Shown here: positions 37,338 to 47,619 of the stretch, piece after piece
Position numbering within the stretch: the stretch's first letter is position 1
Layout: each line of letters opens with the position of its first letter
Origin: a virus
Length of the DNA stretch: 64,000 nt
Reading direction: 5' to 3' (one strand)
Virus record (IMG/VR): IMGVR_UViG_3300025133_000037
Span: 1-64,000 of that record
Notes under the pieces: generated by a model
Databases searched by the model: none
The model's input: the letters and a program-made list of their open reading frames with translations, nothing else
Told to the model about the DNA's origin: nothing
Translations under genes and position numbers: made by a program

Positions 37338-39629
37338 TTACTCCGCTAAAATTACTATACCCAATATATTAGAAGTAATATATTCTTTCGTACGGTCTAA
37401 GGTGGTCTTAAGATCTTCTAATGTTGATTCTGTATTTTTTGTTTTTTCAGTTAAACTCTCAGCAAAATTATCAGTATCAATTATTGATATTAAATCAAAA
37501 ACTTCCTTTATAGATTCCGATAGACTCTTTGCAGAGAGGGCCGCAGAATCAATTATCTCTGCAGTGGTAGAGACATCTTTTATTGAGTTTAATATTTTTA
37601 TTCCATTTTTAATATTAATTAAAAGCCTTTTCGTTATTCTGGAGTTTCTTTTGCATGATTGATGATACTCCCCCTTGCTGCCGGCTACAGCCTCAGCCTC
37701 TCCCTTGATTTTTTCATACTCTTCTATATTCTTGTTTAAGTTTTCTATCAAGGTGCTGCACATATCATATGATCTTCCAAAATAACGCAAAGCATTTTTC
37801 GCTTCACTTTTGACACCATCTGGAACCGGAATTCCCGCAGACTTAATAATATTACCCGCACGCACAACTACGTTATGCTTTGGATATCTGCCTTTAATTG
37901 CTGAGAAAATATCTTTTGTCCCATAATGTGATGGAACCTGAATGATTTCTGGCTTAATAGCAAAGTTAGAGCTTCCCATCCGAACCTTAACCTCTTCCTC
38001 TAAAAGCCTGATTAAGACGCCGGGGTCCTTGTCCCCTCTTGATGCAAAAACAATTTTAGTCGTAACATCCTTTGACGCCTTATATAATTCGTCTACAAAT
38101 AATATTTTGTTATTATTTTTTAAAATATTATTTTGCAAATATTCATTTAAATTAATTGAGTATTTTGAATTTATTTTTTTATAAAAATCTTTTTTAATCA
38201 AATCTGATAATGAAACTTTTATAAAACCTCCACAAGCAGAGAATGTCTCTCCATATAATCCCCGGGCTATCCGAGCATTATGCGCAGGGGGCGATTGCCT
38301 ATACAGCCTTACCTCTTCATCCGAAAGCAAAGAGTCAAGGTCAAAAACTAATACTTGGCTCTTATGGGAAATGCTTGATGATGCATTTTTAACTATTGAA
38401 TGTATTTGGCTTTGATTTTCTTTGTTATTTATTATATATAAATTATTTCCAGAGATCTTATATAAGCCTGTATCTAAAGTTTTGGAGGTTTTGAATATAC
38501 ATCTGTTTAGACCAAGCTCATCTAGCGCAAAGGCCTCTTTTGCAAAGCGCTCTCCAGATCGCTCTCCATACCTTATATGAATTGAGTCCAATTCTTTAAT
38601 ACCAAGGGTGTCTGACAATCCTCCGGATATTTCCAAAACAGCCTTGGTGCCAGCGCAAGAAAAAACCTCTAATGATCCAGGCATAATATTTTTATATAAC
38701 TTTTTTATCCTATTATCTTCATCAATGAACGCTATATCAATGGGGAAGCTAACGGTGCCCATGTGAAAAAAAGCATCAGTAGGCTTCTTATATGGAAATA
38801 ATAATCCCGATCTATCTCCAAGGTTTGAATAAACCTGTAGACCATCAATTTTTTCTTTAGAAGTTATAGCAACATCGCATTCAAAAGAAATTTCAGACCC
38901 ATCTTTTGAATTATAATGTTTTACTGTAGCTATCTTGTCTAATTCGTTTTTTTCAACTAAATATTTTTTTATTGATCCAAAATGTTTTGCCACAATAGAA
39001 AATCCAATATTTTTAATTGAGTCAGAAATATCAATAGATCCAGAGGAAATTACAAGCCCATATCCAGTAGGTCTTAAGTGTGAGTAAATATTTTTTAAAG
39101 TAATTTTGGCAACTTCTTTATCATCAATTGCTTTGGACATATAAAATCCATCAAACTTTCTTCCAAAAGAATGGAACATAGGGTCACCATATTCCTGGTG
39201 ATAGTCCTGTATATTTATATTGTCTGACGAATGCTTTAGCAAGGTCACTAGACTATGACCATCTTTTAATAAAATATCTGTATCCATATAAGTGTGAGGG
39301 CCCAGACCTAATACGGCAGAGTCTTTCTGTAAAAAATTTCTAAACTTATTAGAAAAATGGGAAAGAACCTCTAGATCATCCTCCGCCTCATCTTCTGCCA
39401 CCTCTTCTGCCGCCGGGAAGAATACGCCTCCCGAGAAGCTTATTGGCACCTCCAGGTCGTGAGACAAATGTTTTTCAGAAGTCATTGTGCTGTATCCTGG
39501 GGTGGAAGTGTCCCTATCCATATCCCCGGGCAAAGCTTCCTGTATATCAAAATCAGTATCCCCCGATGGAGACATTGATCCCATTTCTCTCTCTGTATCT
39601 CCTATATATGGCCACGACACTTTTCTCAT
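37338..39629 (-). CDS. Multidomain head-block protein containing a DUF192-like domain
   Basis: 'CDVAIT..EK..GL...GLLF....FHMGTVSFPIDIAFID...VLEISGG'; C-terminal helical bundle. Confidence 0.65.
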   Translation of the reverse strand: MRKVSWPYIGDTEREMGSMSPSGDTDFDIQEALPGDMDRDTSTPGYSTMTSEKHLSHDLEVPISFSGGVFFPAAEEVAEDEAEDDLEVLSHFSNKFRNFLQKDSAVLGLGPHTYMDTDILLKDGHSLVTLLKHSSDNINIQDYHQEYGDPMFHSFGRKFDGFYMSKAIDDKEVAKITLKNIYSHLRPTGYGLVISSGSIDISDSIKNIGFSIVAKHFGSIKKYLVEKNELDKIATVKHYNSKDGSEISFECDVAITSKEKIDGLQVYSNLGDRSGLLFPYKKPTDAFFHMGTVSFPIDIAFIDEDNRIKKLYKNIMPGSLEVFSCAGTKAVLEISGGLSDTLGIKELDSIHIRYGERSGERFAKEAFALDELGLNRCIFKTSKTLDTGLYKISGNNLYIINNKENQSQIHSIVKNASSSISHKSQVLVFDLDSLLSDEEVRLYRQSPPAHNARIARGLYGETFSACGGFIKVSLSDLIKKDFYKKINSKYSINLNEYLQNNILKNNNKILFVDELYKASKDVTTKIVFASRGDKDPGVLIRLLEEEVKVRMGSSNFAIKPEIIQVPSHYGTKDIFSAIKGRYPKHNVVVRAGNIIKSAGIPVPDGVKSEAKNALRYFGRSYDMCSTLIENLNKNIEEYEKIKGEAEAVAGSKGEYHQSCKRNSRITKRLLINIKNGIKILNSIKDVSTTAEIIDSAALSAKSLSESIKEVFDLISIIDTDNFAESLTEKTKNTESTLEDLKTTLDRTKEYITSNILGIVILAE

Positions 39630-39669
39630 TATATCTCCTGATGTATTTTATACTAAAAATAGCAGAATA

Positions 39670-39969
39670 TCATAATCTTCTTAACAATTCGTTTAATACG
39701 ACATTTATAAAATATGGGTCTTTTCCGTTCAAAACATTCTTGACCAATCCGATGCTAACCCCTATGGCTGCTCCTCCCGGAGATTTTTTGCCAGCTATCT
39801 CCATAACATTAAATAACGAAACCTTGCCATGCACGTTTTGAAAAGACTTCATCCTTGACTCTGGAGACATATTATTTATCATAATCTTTATCATATTATG
39901 CAATTGCTCAGCAACATATACTGCATTTTGCTCAAGCATTTGTGCTTCTTTTTTTAATTCATCGGACAT
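39670..39969 (-). CDS. Hypothetical head-block protein
   Basis: Likely start MSDELKKEAQ at 39969. Confidence 0.6.
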   Translation of the reverse strand: MSDELKKEAQMLEQNAVYVAEQLHNMIKIMINNMSPESRMKSFQNVHGKVSLFNVMEIAGKKSPGGAAIGVSIGLVKNVLNGKDPYFINVVLNELLRRL

Positions 39970-40510
39970 ATTCTTTCGCCTTAGCACTACTCGCCTGGTA
40001 AGCAGCTCTGGTAGCTGTAGATATATCATTTCCCATAATCATATTCGATTTTAAAGTTTTATTATATTCTTTTGTTATTTCTACAAAAACTTTATTTTTA
40101 TTTAGAATATCTGATTCTGCTATTTTTACAATTAAATCTCCAAATAATGATGAATAATCTAAAAACTTTTGCTCTGCTACTTTTTTTATTAAAAAATCAG
40201 CAATCCCAGCAAGCGCCACTTCGTCTTGCTTATCCATATCGTCCCCCAACTCCACCAACATGTTTAGCAGATCATCATAATCAAGCCTGCTTTGCCTTCT
40301 GGGCTTCTTTCTTGGCAGCACAGGGGTCTCCTCTAGCTCCGTAATATTCGCGGGCCACACGCCCTCTCCAGGCTTAGACCAGCCCCTAGCGCCTCCGCCG
40401 GGAGAGTCAGCGGAAAAGCCCTCTTCTGCCGGATGAGGAGTGGGCAAATCACACGATCTTATAGGCCGCCTCGGAGAGGGCCTTTTGTTTCTATATGATT
40501 TCTTTTTCAT
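39959..40510 (-). CDS. Hypothetical head-block protein with helical-hairpin motif
   Basis: LVELGDDMDKQDEVALAGIADFLIKKVA. Confidence 0.6.
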   Translation of the reverse strand: MKKKSYRNKRPSPRRPIRSCDLPTPHPAEEGFSADSPGGGARGWSKPGEGVWPANITELEETPVLPRKKPRRQSRLDYDDLLNMLVELGDDMDKQDEVALAGIADFLIKKVAEQKFLDYSSLFGDLIVKIAESDILNKNKVFVEITKEYNKTLKSNMIMGNDISTATRAAYQASSAKAKEYVR

Positions 40511-41988
40511 TTATCGCCTCGATCTCTAATTTTGCCAAAGCCTTTTGAATTAACTCTATCCGCAAGAGATTTGCCCTTAAGTTTCTTTGGCTTAAAATAC
40601 CTGCCCTTAGAGCCTCGAACTTTCCCGCCCCCAACCACTAAGTCTGTAGGAGTAAAAAATACCCGCTCTCCATCTGGAGATACGGTTTCATACAAAGAGG
40701 TTGTAGTTTCGCTAGAAAGTTTTGTTAATTGATCTTGAAGTAAATTATCATTAGCAAGAATATCCATACTGCTTGACCCAGTGTCTATGTGAAAAATATG
40801 ATCCCCAGAAGACAGCCCCGTTATAAAGGAGTATTCAAAATGAATTATAAGCTCTACAGCAGCGCCCGATGCATAAGAGGAGGCGTTGGTTGAAACACTC
40901 TTTATTGCATCAGTTATATCATGAGGCCATGCCGTAGATCGCGACACATCTATTACCCCCGCTGCTATGTAATGCTTAACATAGTCTATATTATCATGGC
41001 AATCATTAACCTTTGTAACATCCCCGCCTGCAGACGGATCTGTTACAAGCACAAGCTTAAGTGAAGCCCGCACTGTTCCGCCGGATCTGTCCACCACAAT
41101 TTCTCCCGGACCAGCAAAACGCATTCCGTCCCCTGGTTCGATTGCCCTTATTAATGTTCCATTTATAATTTCCGCTACGGACTCAGGGCAGTCTCTGTCG
41201 GAATCATCGCCGCCGCCCTCAGACTTCTGAGAAGATGCACTTATTCCTCCAAATGCGTCTATATATATAAACCATTCATAAATGGCAATAAATAAACTTT
41301 TTAAAAAATCCAGATCCGCCGGGGTTTCTGAGCCTGCCCTTATTCTTCCTGCAATTGCCATCCCATTAGACATTGAAAAAGTTGTTATCGCTGAAAATTT
41401 CTCCCTCAACCTTGGTATAGCTTCATCTAAAACTATTTTATATGGGCCAGAAGAAGACCATATTTCAACAGTATCTTTAGCGCTATGAAGGTTTAAAGAC
41501 ATAATTTCAGAGGCAATATTATTTGCTCTAACTGCCGAATCAGATTTTATCTGCCTCTTAGTTATGTCATGCAGAATTGCCTCATTGCCCTCCACGCTAT
41601 CAATATAATATTTAAAATTATTATTGTATAGAGCTTTAGCCGGCGCTACTATTCGTTTTTTAAAGCCGTTTATTGCCTTTTGATGGACTGCTTGCTGGTC
41701 ATAATCGAATCCAACTTCGACCTTTATCTTCGTCTCAGAAAGCCTGGTAGACGGAAGACTTCCTGTTAAAAGGCTTGTAATTGAGTTTATAAGTGAGCCA
41801 AAAATCAAACCAGCCCGCTCAGTTGCGAAGTCCTTTGTCTTGCCTATTTCTACCCCAAGGCCAATCGCCTTAAAAGCAGCCTCTAATTGCGTGGCCAACT
41901 CCTTTTGATCCTCTGGAGTCGGACCCGGTGGTACGGGAGGTACGGGAGGCGGCGGGGTCTGTCCTGTTTTCTTAATAAAATCGTCCAC
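40507..41988 (-). CDS. Hypothetical head-block protein with Pro-rich N-terminus
   Basis: GTG start at 41988 with GGGAGG RBS, immediately after the portal stop. Confidence 0.6.
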   Translation of the reverse strand: MDDFIKKTGQTPPPPVPPVPPGPTPEDQKELATQLEAAFKAIGLGVEIGKTKDFATERAGLIFGSLINSITSLLTGSLPSTRLSETKIKVEVGFDYDQQAVHQKAINGFKKRIVAPAKALYNNNFKYYIDSVEGNEAILHDITKRQIKSDSAVRANNIASEIMSLNLHSAKDTVEIWSSSGPYKIVLDEAIPRLREKFSAITTFSMSNGMAIAGRIRAGSETPADLDFLKSLFIAIYEWFIYIDAFGGISASSQKSEGGGDDSDRDCPESVAEIINGTLIRAIEPGDGMRFAGPGEIVVDRSGGTVRASLKLVLVTDPSAGGDVTKVNDCHDNIDYVKHYIAAGVIDVSRSTAWPHDITDAIKSVSTNASSYASGAAVELIIHFEYSFITGLSSGDHIFHIDTGSSSMDILANDNLLQDQLTKLSSETTTSLYETVSPDGERVFFTPTDLVVGGGKVRGSKGRYFKPKKLKGKSLADRVNSKGFGKIRDRGDK

Positions 41989-41989
41989 A

Positions 41990-43690
41990 TTATCCTCCCT
42001 CAGGTCCTGGCGGCCCAGGGGGCGGTGGTGGCGCGCCGCCCATGCCCCCCATGTCGCCGCCTGGGGGCGGAACTCCGGGTAATCCTCCAGGAGGAGCGGC
42101 TCCCAAGCCTCCAGGAGGCTCAGATATAGATTTAGAAGGATCAAGGCCTAATAGCTCTGCAAGTTTCATATTTCCTAAGACCTGCTGTTCTTTGGCGAAT
42201 ACCTGCTCGTCAATCATCTCTTCTCTTATCCTACGTCTTTCCTCCTCGTAACTAAGCCCGAGGCTTCTGTGCAACGTTTGGAGGGAGACTTGTTTATTAC
42301 CAACAAATTGTCCTATCGATGTTATAAAGTCAGCCATGTCATACAGATTCATGTGGTTAAAGTCAATAGATGGAACCAGAAGTCTTTTTTCTCCATCTTT
42401 ATATTCAAAGAAATCTTGAATCTCACAGATGGGGGCGAAGACCTTTCTCTCCAGCCATTTCTTCATCATATTTCTAAATATATCATATCTCTGCCGAAGA
42501 ACTTCAAGCCCGACCGAGGAGCTTGCATATGTCGCAGCCTCCTGATCCATCAGTGCCTTAGGCGTCATAAGGCCTGCATATAAATTTGTCACAATATGCT
42601 CAATGTCAGTTGCTACATCTAAAACTCCGCCTGAAAAACCTGCCCGCTCAATAGTAACGCCTCCATGGGTCACAATCTTAAAGTCCTTATCATATTGTGC
42701 TTCTTCAAGAATATTTTTAAACGCCTCAATATCTGCTTGGGTTGGTCTATAATCATTATCTCCAGTTAGCTTAACCAACGTTAATGGATTAACCATACCG
42801 TCCGCTTGCGCAAACTTTGATTCTCTCAGCTTGTCATAAAGCATCAAATCTTTATAGACTGATACAACAATAGATGTACCTCTGATATCATAGGGCGAGC
42901 TCAAAAGCTTCAAATGAGACACATTAAATGCATCAAGAGGAATATTTTGCCCCTTCCTAACATAGTCTAAGATATGTTTTGGAATATACTTTTTCATGGA
43001 TAAGTCTGCATGAGAAGTAGAGTTTATTATTCTTTGCAGATTCGCATCAGGTCGTAAAGAAATCATTGTATGACTTCCTATAACAGACTTTTTAACGTGT
43101 ACATAGTCTGGGTTTAAAATTGTAATTCGATTCCAAACGCCCATACTTTCATCAAGCTCAGCATATGGGAACGCCTCGCCCATCTTCCAAAACTCCAAAG
43201 CTGCACCATAAACAACAGAATATAAATCAATCCGTTCAGCCATCTCCATAAAAAATTGTTGAACCTTTTTATTTTTACACGTTATATTTATTTTGCTGAT
43301 AGGATATGAGGCATGTAAATTAACTGCATTTCTAACAATAGGATGTGTATCGTAAAAAACGCGATTCCACGCGTTCATAGTTACTCGATCTCTAGGTAGG
43401 TTTAAATTTGCGAGCTGAAATAGTGGAGAGTAAATCTCAGGAGACATTCGATCTGTAGAGTGAGATAATGTTGGTGATGCCATGGGAGATGCGATTGAAG
43501 CACTCTTTAATATATTCGCACCCTTGTGCCTAAATCCTGGACTATGAGCAATCGAGCCATAGATTGCAGACTCGCTCTCTGCGTCAAGCTGCTTATTCGC
43601 AGCATCTGTAATCTCGGCTCGGCGTATTCCCGATAGAGATTCTGCGGCCTTTTTTGATATGGGTGCTTGCGGCCCTGTGGTTCTTTTCAT
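41990..43690 (-). CDS. Portal protein
   Basis: Directly downstream of terminase; 'HPIVRNAVNLH..YP', 'GEAFPY', 'ILNPDYV', 'RGTSI', 'P.TLVKL'; Pro/Gly tail. Confidence 0.85.
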   Translation of the reverse strand: MKRTTGPQAPISKKAAESLSGIRRAEITDAANKQLDAESESAIYGSIAHSPGFRHKGANILKSASIASPMASPTLSHSTDRMSPEIYSPLFQLANLNLPRDRVTMNAWNRVFYDTHPIVRNAVNLHASYPISKINITCKNKKVQQFFMEMAERIDLYSVVYGAALEFWKMGEAFPYAELDESMGVWNRITILNPDYVHVKKSVIGSHTMISLRPDANLQRIINSTSHADLSMKKYIPKHILDYVRKGQNIPLDAFNVSHLKLLSSPYDIRGTSIVVSVYKDLMLYDKLRESKFAQADGMVNPLTLVKLTGDNDYRPTQADIEAFKNILEEAQYDKDFKIVTHGGVTIERAGFSGGVLDVATDIEHIVTNLYAGLMTPKALMDQEAATYASSSVGLEVLRQRYDIFRNMMKKWLERKVFAPICEIQDFFEYKDGEKRLLVPSIDFNHMNLYDMADFITSIGQFVGNKQVSLQTLHRSLGLSYEEERRRIREEMIDEQVFAKEQQVLGNMKLAELLGLDPSKSISEPPGGLGAAPPGGLPGVPPPGGDMGGMGGAPPPPPGPPGPEGG

Positions 43691-43692
43691 GT

Positions 43693-45462
43693 TTACAATC
43701 TCCTCTTAATATTTGCCAAAGTAGACCTTGGATATTCGCTTCTTCTCTCTAACCCTGGTTTAATAGTAAAACCCTTTGTTAAATCAAACTTATAAGCCAT
43801 ATACGCATACATAAGCGCCATAAATCCGTCATTCGGAGTGGGGCCTTTTGTGAATGTCTTTACAGGCTGCCCTCCAGAAATTTTTATTTTTGACTCCATA
43901 GATGTGCAGTGGTCTATCAACCACTCTAAATATTCATAGCTTTTCCAAGGGAATCTAACCTTGCCTTTTCTAAATAAATCAATTAACTCATCTATAAGTA
44001 AATCTTTATTATAAGATATAATCAATTCGTCTTCTCTATATTTTACCGGTTTTAAAAGACTTCCACTCCCTTGTGCTCCTAGAAATCTTTCCCGATACAT
44101 TGTTTGAAGATCATGAACTACATCTTGTCCAAAAAACCAATCTGAAACCCCCCTTGTCACACCGAACCGCCTATACATCTCTCTTATAGTTTCTTTTTTA
44201 AAATCAAAATTATTTTTACGCAACTTATGAGCATGCTCAATAGATATAGTTCCATCGGGAGAGGCGGAAATGACTACTACACAAGAGAATGATTGCCCGC
44301 CCCTTGAATTGGGGTCATCATCTTTGCCGCCCCAGTCTACTCCTAAATAAACTGATTTTTCATTCGGGCTTATACTTTTGGCAAAAGATCTATCCGGATC
44401 TCTACACAGCTTATATACCTCCGCCTTAGTTAATGGTGCGCCGGCTCCAGAGTAAAATTCACCAATAACTTCATTCTTCCAAATCCTTTCAGTCTGGGCC
44501 GGATTATTTTCGGGCATCAATTTTTCTATATTTTCTCTAGTAAAGTATGGAATATACAATTGATTTATATGAAACCCAACATATTCACTATCGCCAGAAC
44601 CGGCCCCGACCCATCTTCCTAACTCTATAGCTTCAACTTTTTTTTGCTTAGTTCCACACAATGGGCACTGCACAATATTATCATATAGCCATATAGATCT
44701 CCATCTATCATCATCGGGAAGGTAAAATGGATAGGTTTTTCTGCAATTAACACACCCCAGGTGATAATACCGTTGGTCTGACATATCCCAGATCGTAGAA
44801 AAGTGACTGTTCTTTTCCTTCGGGGTTCCAAAGAAAACCTGAACCCCCTGACCTGTTGGACCATATTTCGCAGCGGTTAAAATCTTTGTAGCGTTACCAA
44901 TGGCGTGCCCAAACATGTCTTGAACCTCGTCAAAAAACACTACATCTGCCGTCATACCACGAATTCTATCGCCATCTGACCCCAAACTGTCAACCCATAG
45001 CGTTCCAGTGTTAAACTGCTTCATAGTCAGGTTGTCAACAGAGTTTGAGCTAATAAGCTTATTCTTTGTTACAAAATCATTTTTTGCTGTTCTTATTAGA
45101 GTTTCTAGTTTATCTTGAGAAAACTTTTTTACCTGCCCAAGGGCCGGAAATAAATGTACAACTCGAATATTTGGATTGCAAAATAAACCACTATTTGTGA
45201 AGAACAAGTCTAATGCTCCAGCCATAACAGTTGCACCGACCTGTCGGCCCTTCTTGATAACAACAGGCTTGCCATCCTTACGGGTAGCCTGTAGGGCAAT
45301 ATATCTATAGATATCGGCCATAAACTTCCAGCCGTTATCTAAGATAGTAAACTCTGCACCATCCAAGGTTAAATTGTTTTGAACAAAATGTGCGGGGTCA
45401 AAATCTAGAAAGCTGGTTTTTAATTGGTCAAATAATTGTTCTTCACTCTTTTTTTTTGCCAT
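43693..45462 (-). CDS. terL: Terminase large subunit
   Basis: Walker A 'IKKGRQVGAT', Walker B 'VFFDEVQD', coupling 'FGTP', CxxC-CxxC insert, RNase H-like 'LGVDWG' and 'NDGFMA'. Confidence 0.9.
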   Translation of the reverse strand: MAKKKSEEQLFDQLKTSFLDFDPAHFVQNNLTLDGAEFTILDNGWKFMADIYRYIALQATRKDGKPVVIKKGRQVGATVMAGALDLFFTNSGLFCNPNIRVVHLFPALGQVKKFSQDKLETLIRTAKNDFVTKNKLISSNSVDNLTMKQFNTGTLWVDSLGSDGDRIRGMTADVVFFDEVQDMFGHAIGNATKILTAAKYGPTGQGVQVFFGTPKEKNSHFSTIWDMSDQRYYHLGCVNCRKTYPFYLPDDDRWRSIWLYDNIVQCPLCGTKQKKVEAIELGRWVGAGSGDSEYVGFHINQLYIPYFTRENIEKLMPENNPAQTERIWKNEVIGEFYSGAGAPLTKAEVYKLCRDPDRSFAKSISPNEKSVYLGVDWGGKDDDPNSRGGQSFSCVVVISASPDGTISIEHAHKLRKNNFDFKKETIREMYRRFGVTRGVSDWFFGQDVVHDLQTMYRERFLGAQGSGSLLKPVKYREDELIISYNKDLLIDELIDLFRKGKVRFPWKSYEYLEWLIDHCTSMESKIKISGGQPVKTFTKGPTPNDGFMALMYAYMAYKFDLTKGFTIKPGLERRSEYPRSTLANIKRRL

Positions 45463-45464
45463 TA

Positions 45465-46073
45465 TTATCCGGGTGATGCATGCGCCATATAATCTGCTAT
45501 ATCTTCATTTTCTTCAAATGACATTTCTGCCTCAGACATATATTTTACCTCATCCGGATTATTTTCTCGACCACCAAGAATCTTTTCTATTAGGCTCTTG
45601 AATTTATTATGATCAATTTTACCCTCTACCCTATCAAAGCCAAGCTTTGGATGTTCTCTACAATGTGAGATGATTGTTCCATATCCCGCCTCGGGACGGT
45701 CTGAGGAAAACTCTTTAATATAGTTTAAAATATTTCTCAATGTATTATGTGTATCTTTATTGCAGGTTGAGCACTTGGATTTTCCGCAAGAGCATGACGA
45801 ACAGCCGCCCGTACCCTTCGAGCAACCTTCGCAGCAACTGGCAGATTTCTTATTTTTATCATCAATTTTAATATTTTTAACAAGCTCAAATCCCGCACGA
45901 GCTTTGAGGTCTGCCATTTTTTCTTCGATAGTGGAAAAATCATTTCTTTTTTTCATAATAGAACGCAGATTGCTGAGGTAATCAGCATTCTTTTCTAAAT
46001 TAAAAGCAAAGTCATTTACCCAATCAACTGTGGTATTATATTCTTCACTTATTCTTTGTCTATTTACCTTCAT
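45465..46073 (-). CDS. Hypothetical head-block protein with Cys-rich segment
   Basis: CCEGCSKGTGGCSSCSCGKSKCSTC; LEKNA and KKSA motifs. Confidence 0.6.
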   Translation of the reverse strand: MKVNRQRISEEYNTTVDWVNDFAFNLEKNADYLSNLRSIMKKRNDFSTIEEKMADLKARAGFELVKNIKIDDKNKKSASCCEGCSKGTGGCSSCSCGKSKCSTCNKDTHNTLRNILNYIKEFSSDRPEAGYGTIISHCREHPKLGFDRVEGKIDHNKFKSLIEKILGGRENNPDEVKYMSEAEMSFEENEDIADYMAHASPG

Positions 46074-46081
46074 TATAACCT

Positions 46082-47137
46082 CTAGGCGAAATAATTTCTC
46101 ATAAAATCAACGCCCGCCTTACCATCTTTTGTTCTGCCATTCTCATCTTTGCAGCTATTGGGAGAAAATGTCCCTCTATCCTTAAAGATATGAAATCCAC
46201 TATCCATGCAAAGCTGCATAATCGCAAGCTCTTCTCGGTCATCAATAGAGTACTTATTGGACAAAAAGTCATACACCTCTTCTATCGGATGGCCGCCTGA
46301 TACATGAGCGTTAATCATTATTCCAGATATTGCCCGCTCAAATGGAGAAACTGCAATGACTATGTTTCTGGGGGTAGAGGCCTCTTTTTTTAAATCCTCA
46401 AACTCAACCGCGTCTCCAGTGACGCTTACCCAAGATGGTATTGCAGATGCTTCGGATTGCTTCCCATGCTCATCCTTTAGGCGCTTCTTAAGCTTACCCA
46501 GGTGACTCTTTAGCAACAAAATATCTCGCATTATATTTACACGAACATCCTCTAAGGCCTGTACATCAAGGACATTGTCATGGTCTTCTCTAATAACTTT
46601 GGATATTTCAGAATTTAATCTGTCCAAAAAACTAGAGGCTCGTTCACAACCAACCGTTGTCCTTCCATCATGCTGAGGGATATTTCCAGGATACTGCTCC
46701 TGAACATATTCCATAAATTTAGACAAATCTCCATCATTAGCATAATCTGTCTCAACTTCATCCTCATCATCATCTAAATCCTCAGAGCTTATATCGGCTC
46801 CTGGCAATAAGTCCGATAACTTCAGATCACCATGTTCTTCTACGAACTCGGCCACATCGTCACCAAGGCCCCCTAAGACTTCTTCCATTTCTTCCAAGCT
46901 TTCATTCCCTTCTACAAATGGCTCCAGCACGTCCCCTACGGTAACGCTATCTAAATCGTCTGTACCCACAGCTTCTGCCATTCCTGCTCCAAAAATTTCT
47001 TCAGGCAAAAGGCCCTCGAGGCCATCTTCAGAATAGTTTACACTATCTCCCTCAGAATACACCGCTGTATCACCCGCTAGATCTTCCTCCGGGAAGGCGG
47101 CTTCTTTAAATATCACTGTTTCAATTTTGCTGGACAT
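46082..47137 (-). CDS. Acidic hypothetical head-block protein
   Basis: IFKEA and LKKEA motifs; AGGAG RBS. Confidence 0.65.
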   Translation of the reverse strand: MSSKIETVIFKEAAFPEEDLAGDTAVYSEGDSVNYSEDGLEGLLPEEIFGAGMAEAVGTDDLDSVTVGDVLEPFVEGNESLEEMEEVLGGLGDDVAEFVEEHGDLKLSDLLPGADISSEDLDDDEDEVETDYANDGDLSKFMEYVQEQYPGNIPQHDGRTTVGCERASSFLDRLNSEISKVIREDHDNVLDVQALEDVRVNIMRDILLLKSHLGKLKKRLKDEHGKQSEASAIPSWVSVTGDAVEFEDLKKEASTPRNIVIAVSPFERAISGIMINAHVSGGHPIEEVYDFLSNKYSIDDREELAIMQLCMDSGFHIFKDRGTFSPNSCKDENGRTKDGKAGVDFMRNYFA

Positions 47138-47145
47138 ATCTACTC

Positions 47146-47580
47146 CTATCCTATTAAACTATAAATACCATAATATATATTTCTACTCTCATTATTATCA
47201 GAATAATGATCTAACGGATAACCATATTGAGCCTCAGGCATATTTCCGATCATAGTATGTGGATATAATGGGCTTCCGTTAAGTCCAACATTCCCCGCCG
47301 GAATATCGGAAGATTCACTGTCATACTTGCAATCTACTGATTTTTTATTATCAAAAATTCTATCTGCAAATGGACACTTTTTTGGCTCTTTTATCATAAA
47401 CATTAACTCTAGATTATCTTTAATTATCTGCTCTTTATCTTCTTCACTTTTTGCGATCTCAAGAGGGATCATGCTAAAGACCGCAGATCTGCCGTCTTGC
47501 TCCATAACTCCTCCTGTTAAATTACAGGCGTCTGTCACAGGAAGCCCGAATGGACATGTCTCAATATTACCTCGAATCAT
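47146..47580 (-). CDS. Hypothetical Cys-containing protein
   Basis: CPFGLP..AC, KCPFA..VDC; TACTAAT motif upstream at 47610. Confidence 0.6.
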   Translation of the reverse strand: MIRGNIETCPFGLPVTDACNLTGGVMEQDGRSAVFSMIPLEIAKSEEDKEQIIKDNLELMFMIKEPKKCPFADRIFDNKKSVDCKYDSESSDIPAGNVGLNGSPLYPHTMIGNMPEAQYGYPLDHYSDNNESRNIYYGIYSLIG

Positions 47581-47619
47581 AATGCTAATACCCTATAAAG
47601 AAAAAAAATATTAGTAAGT

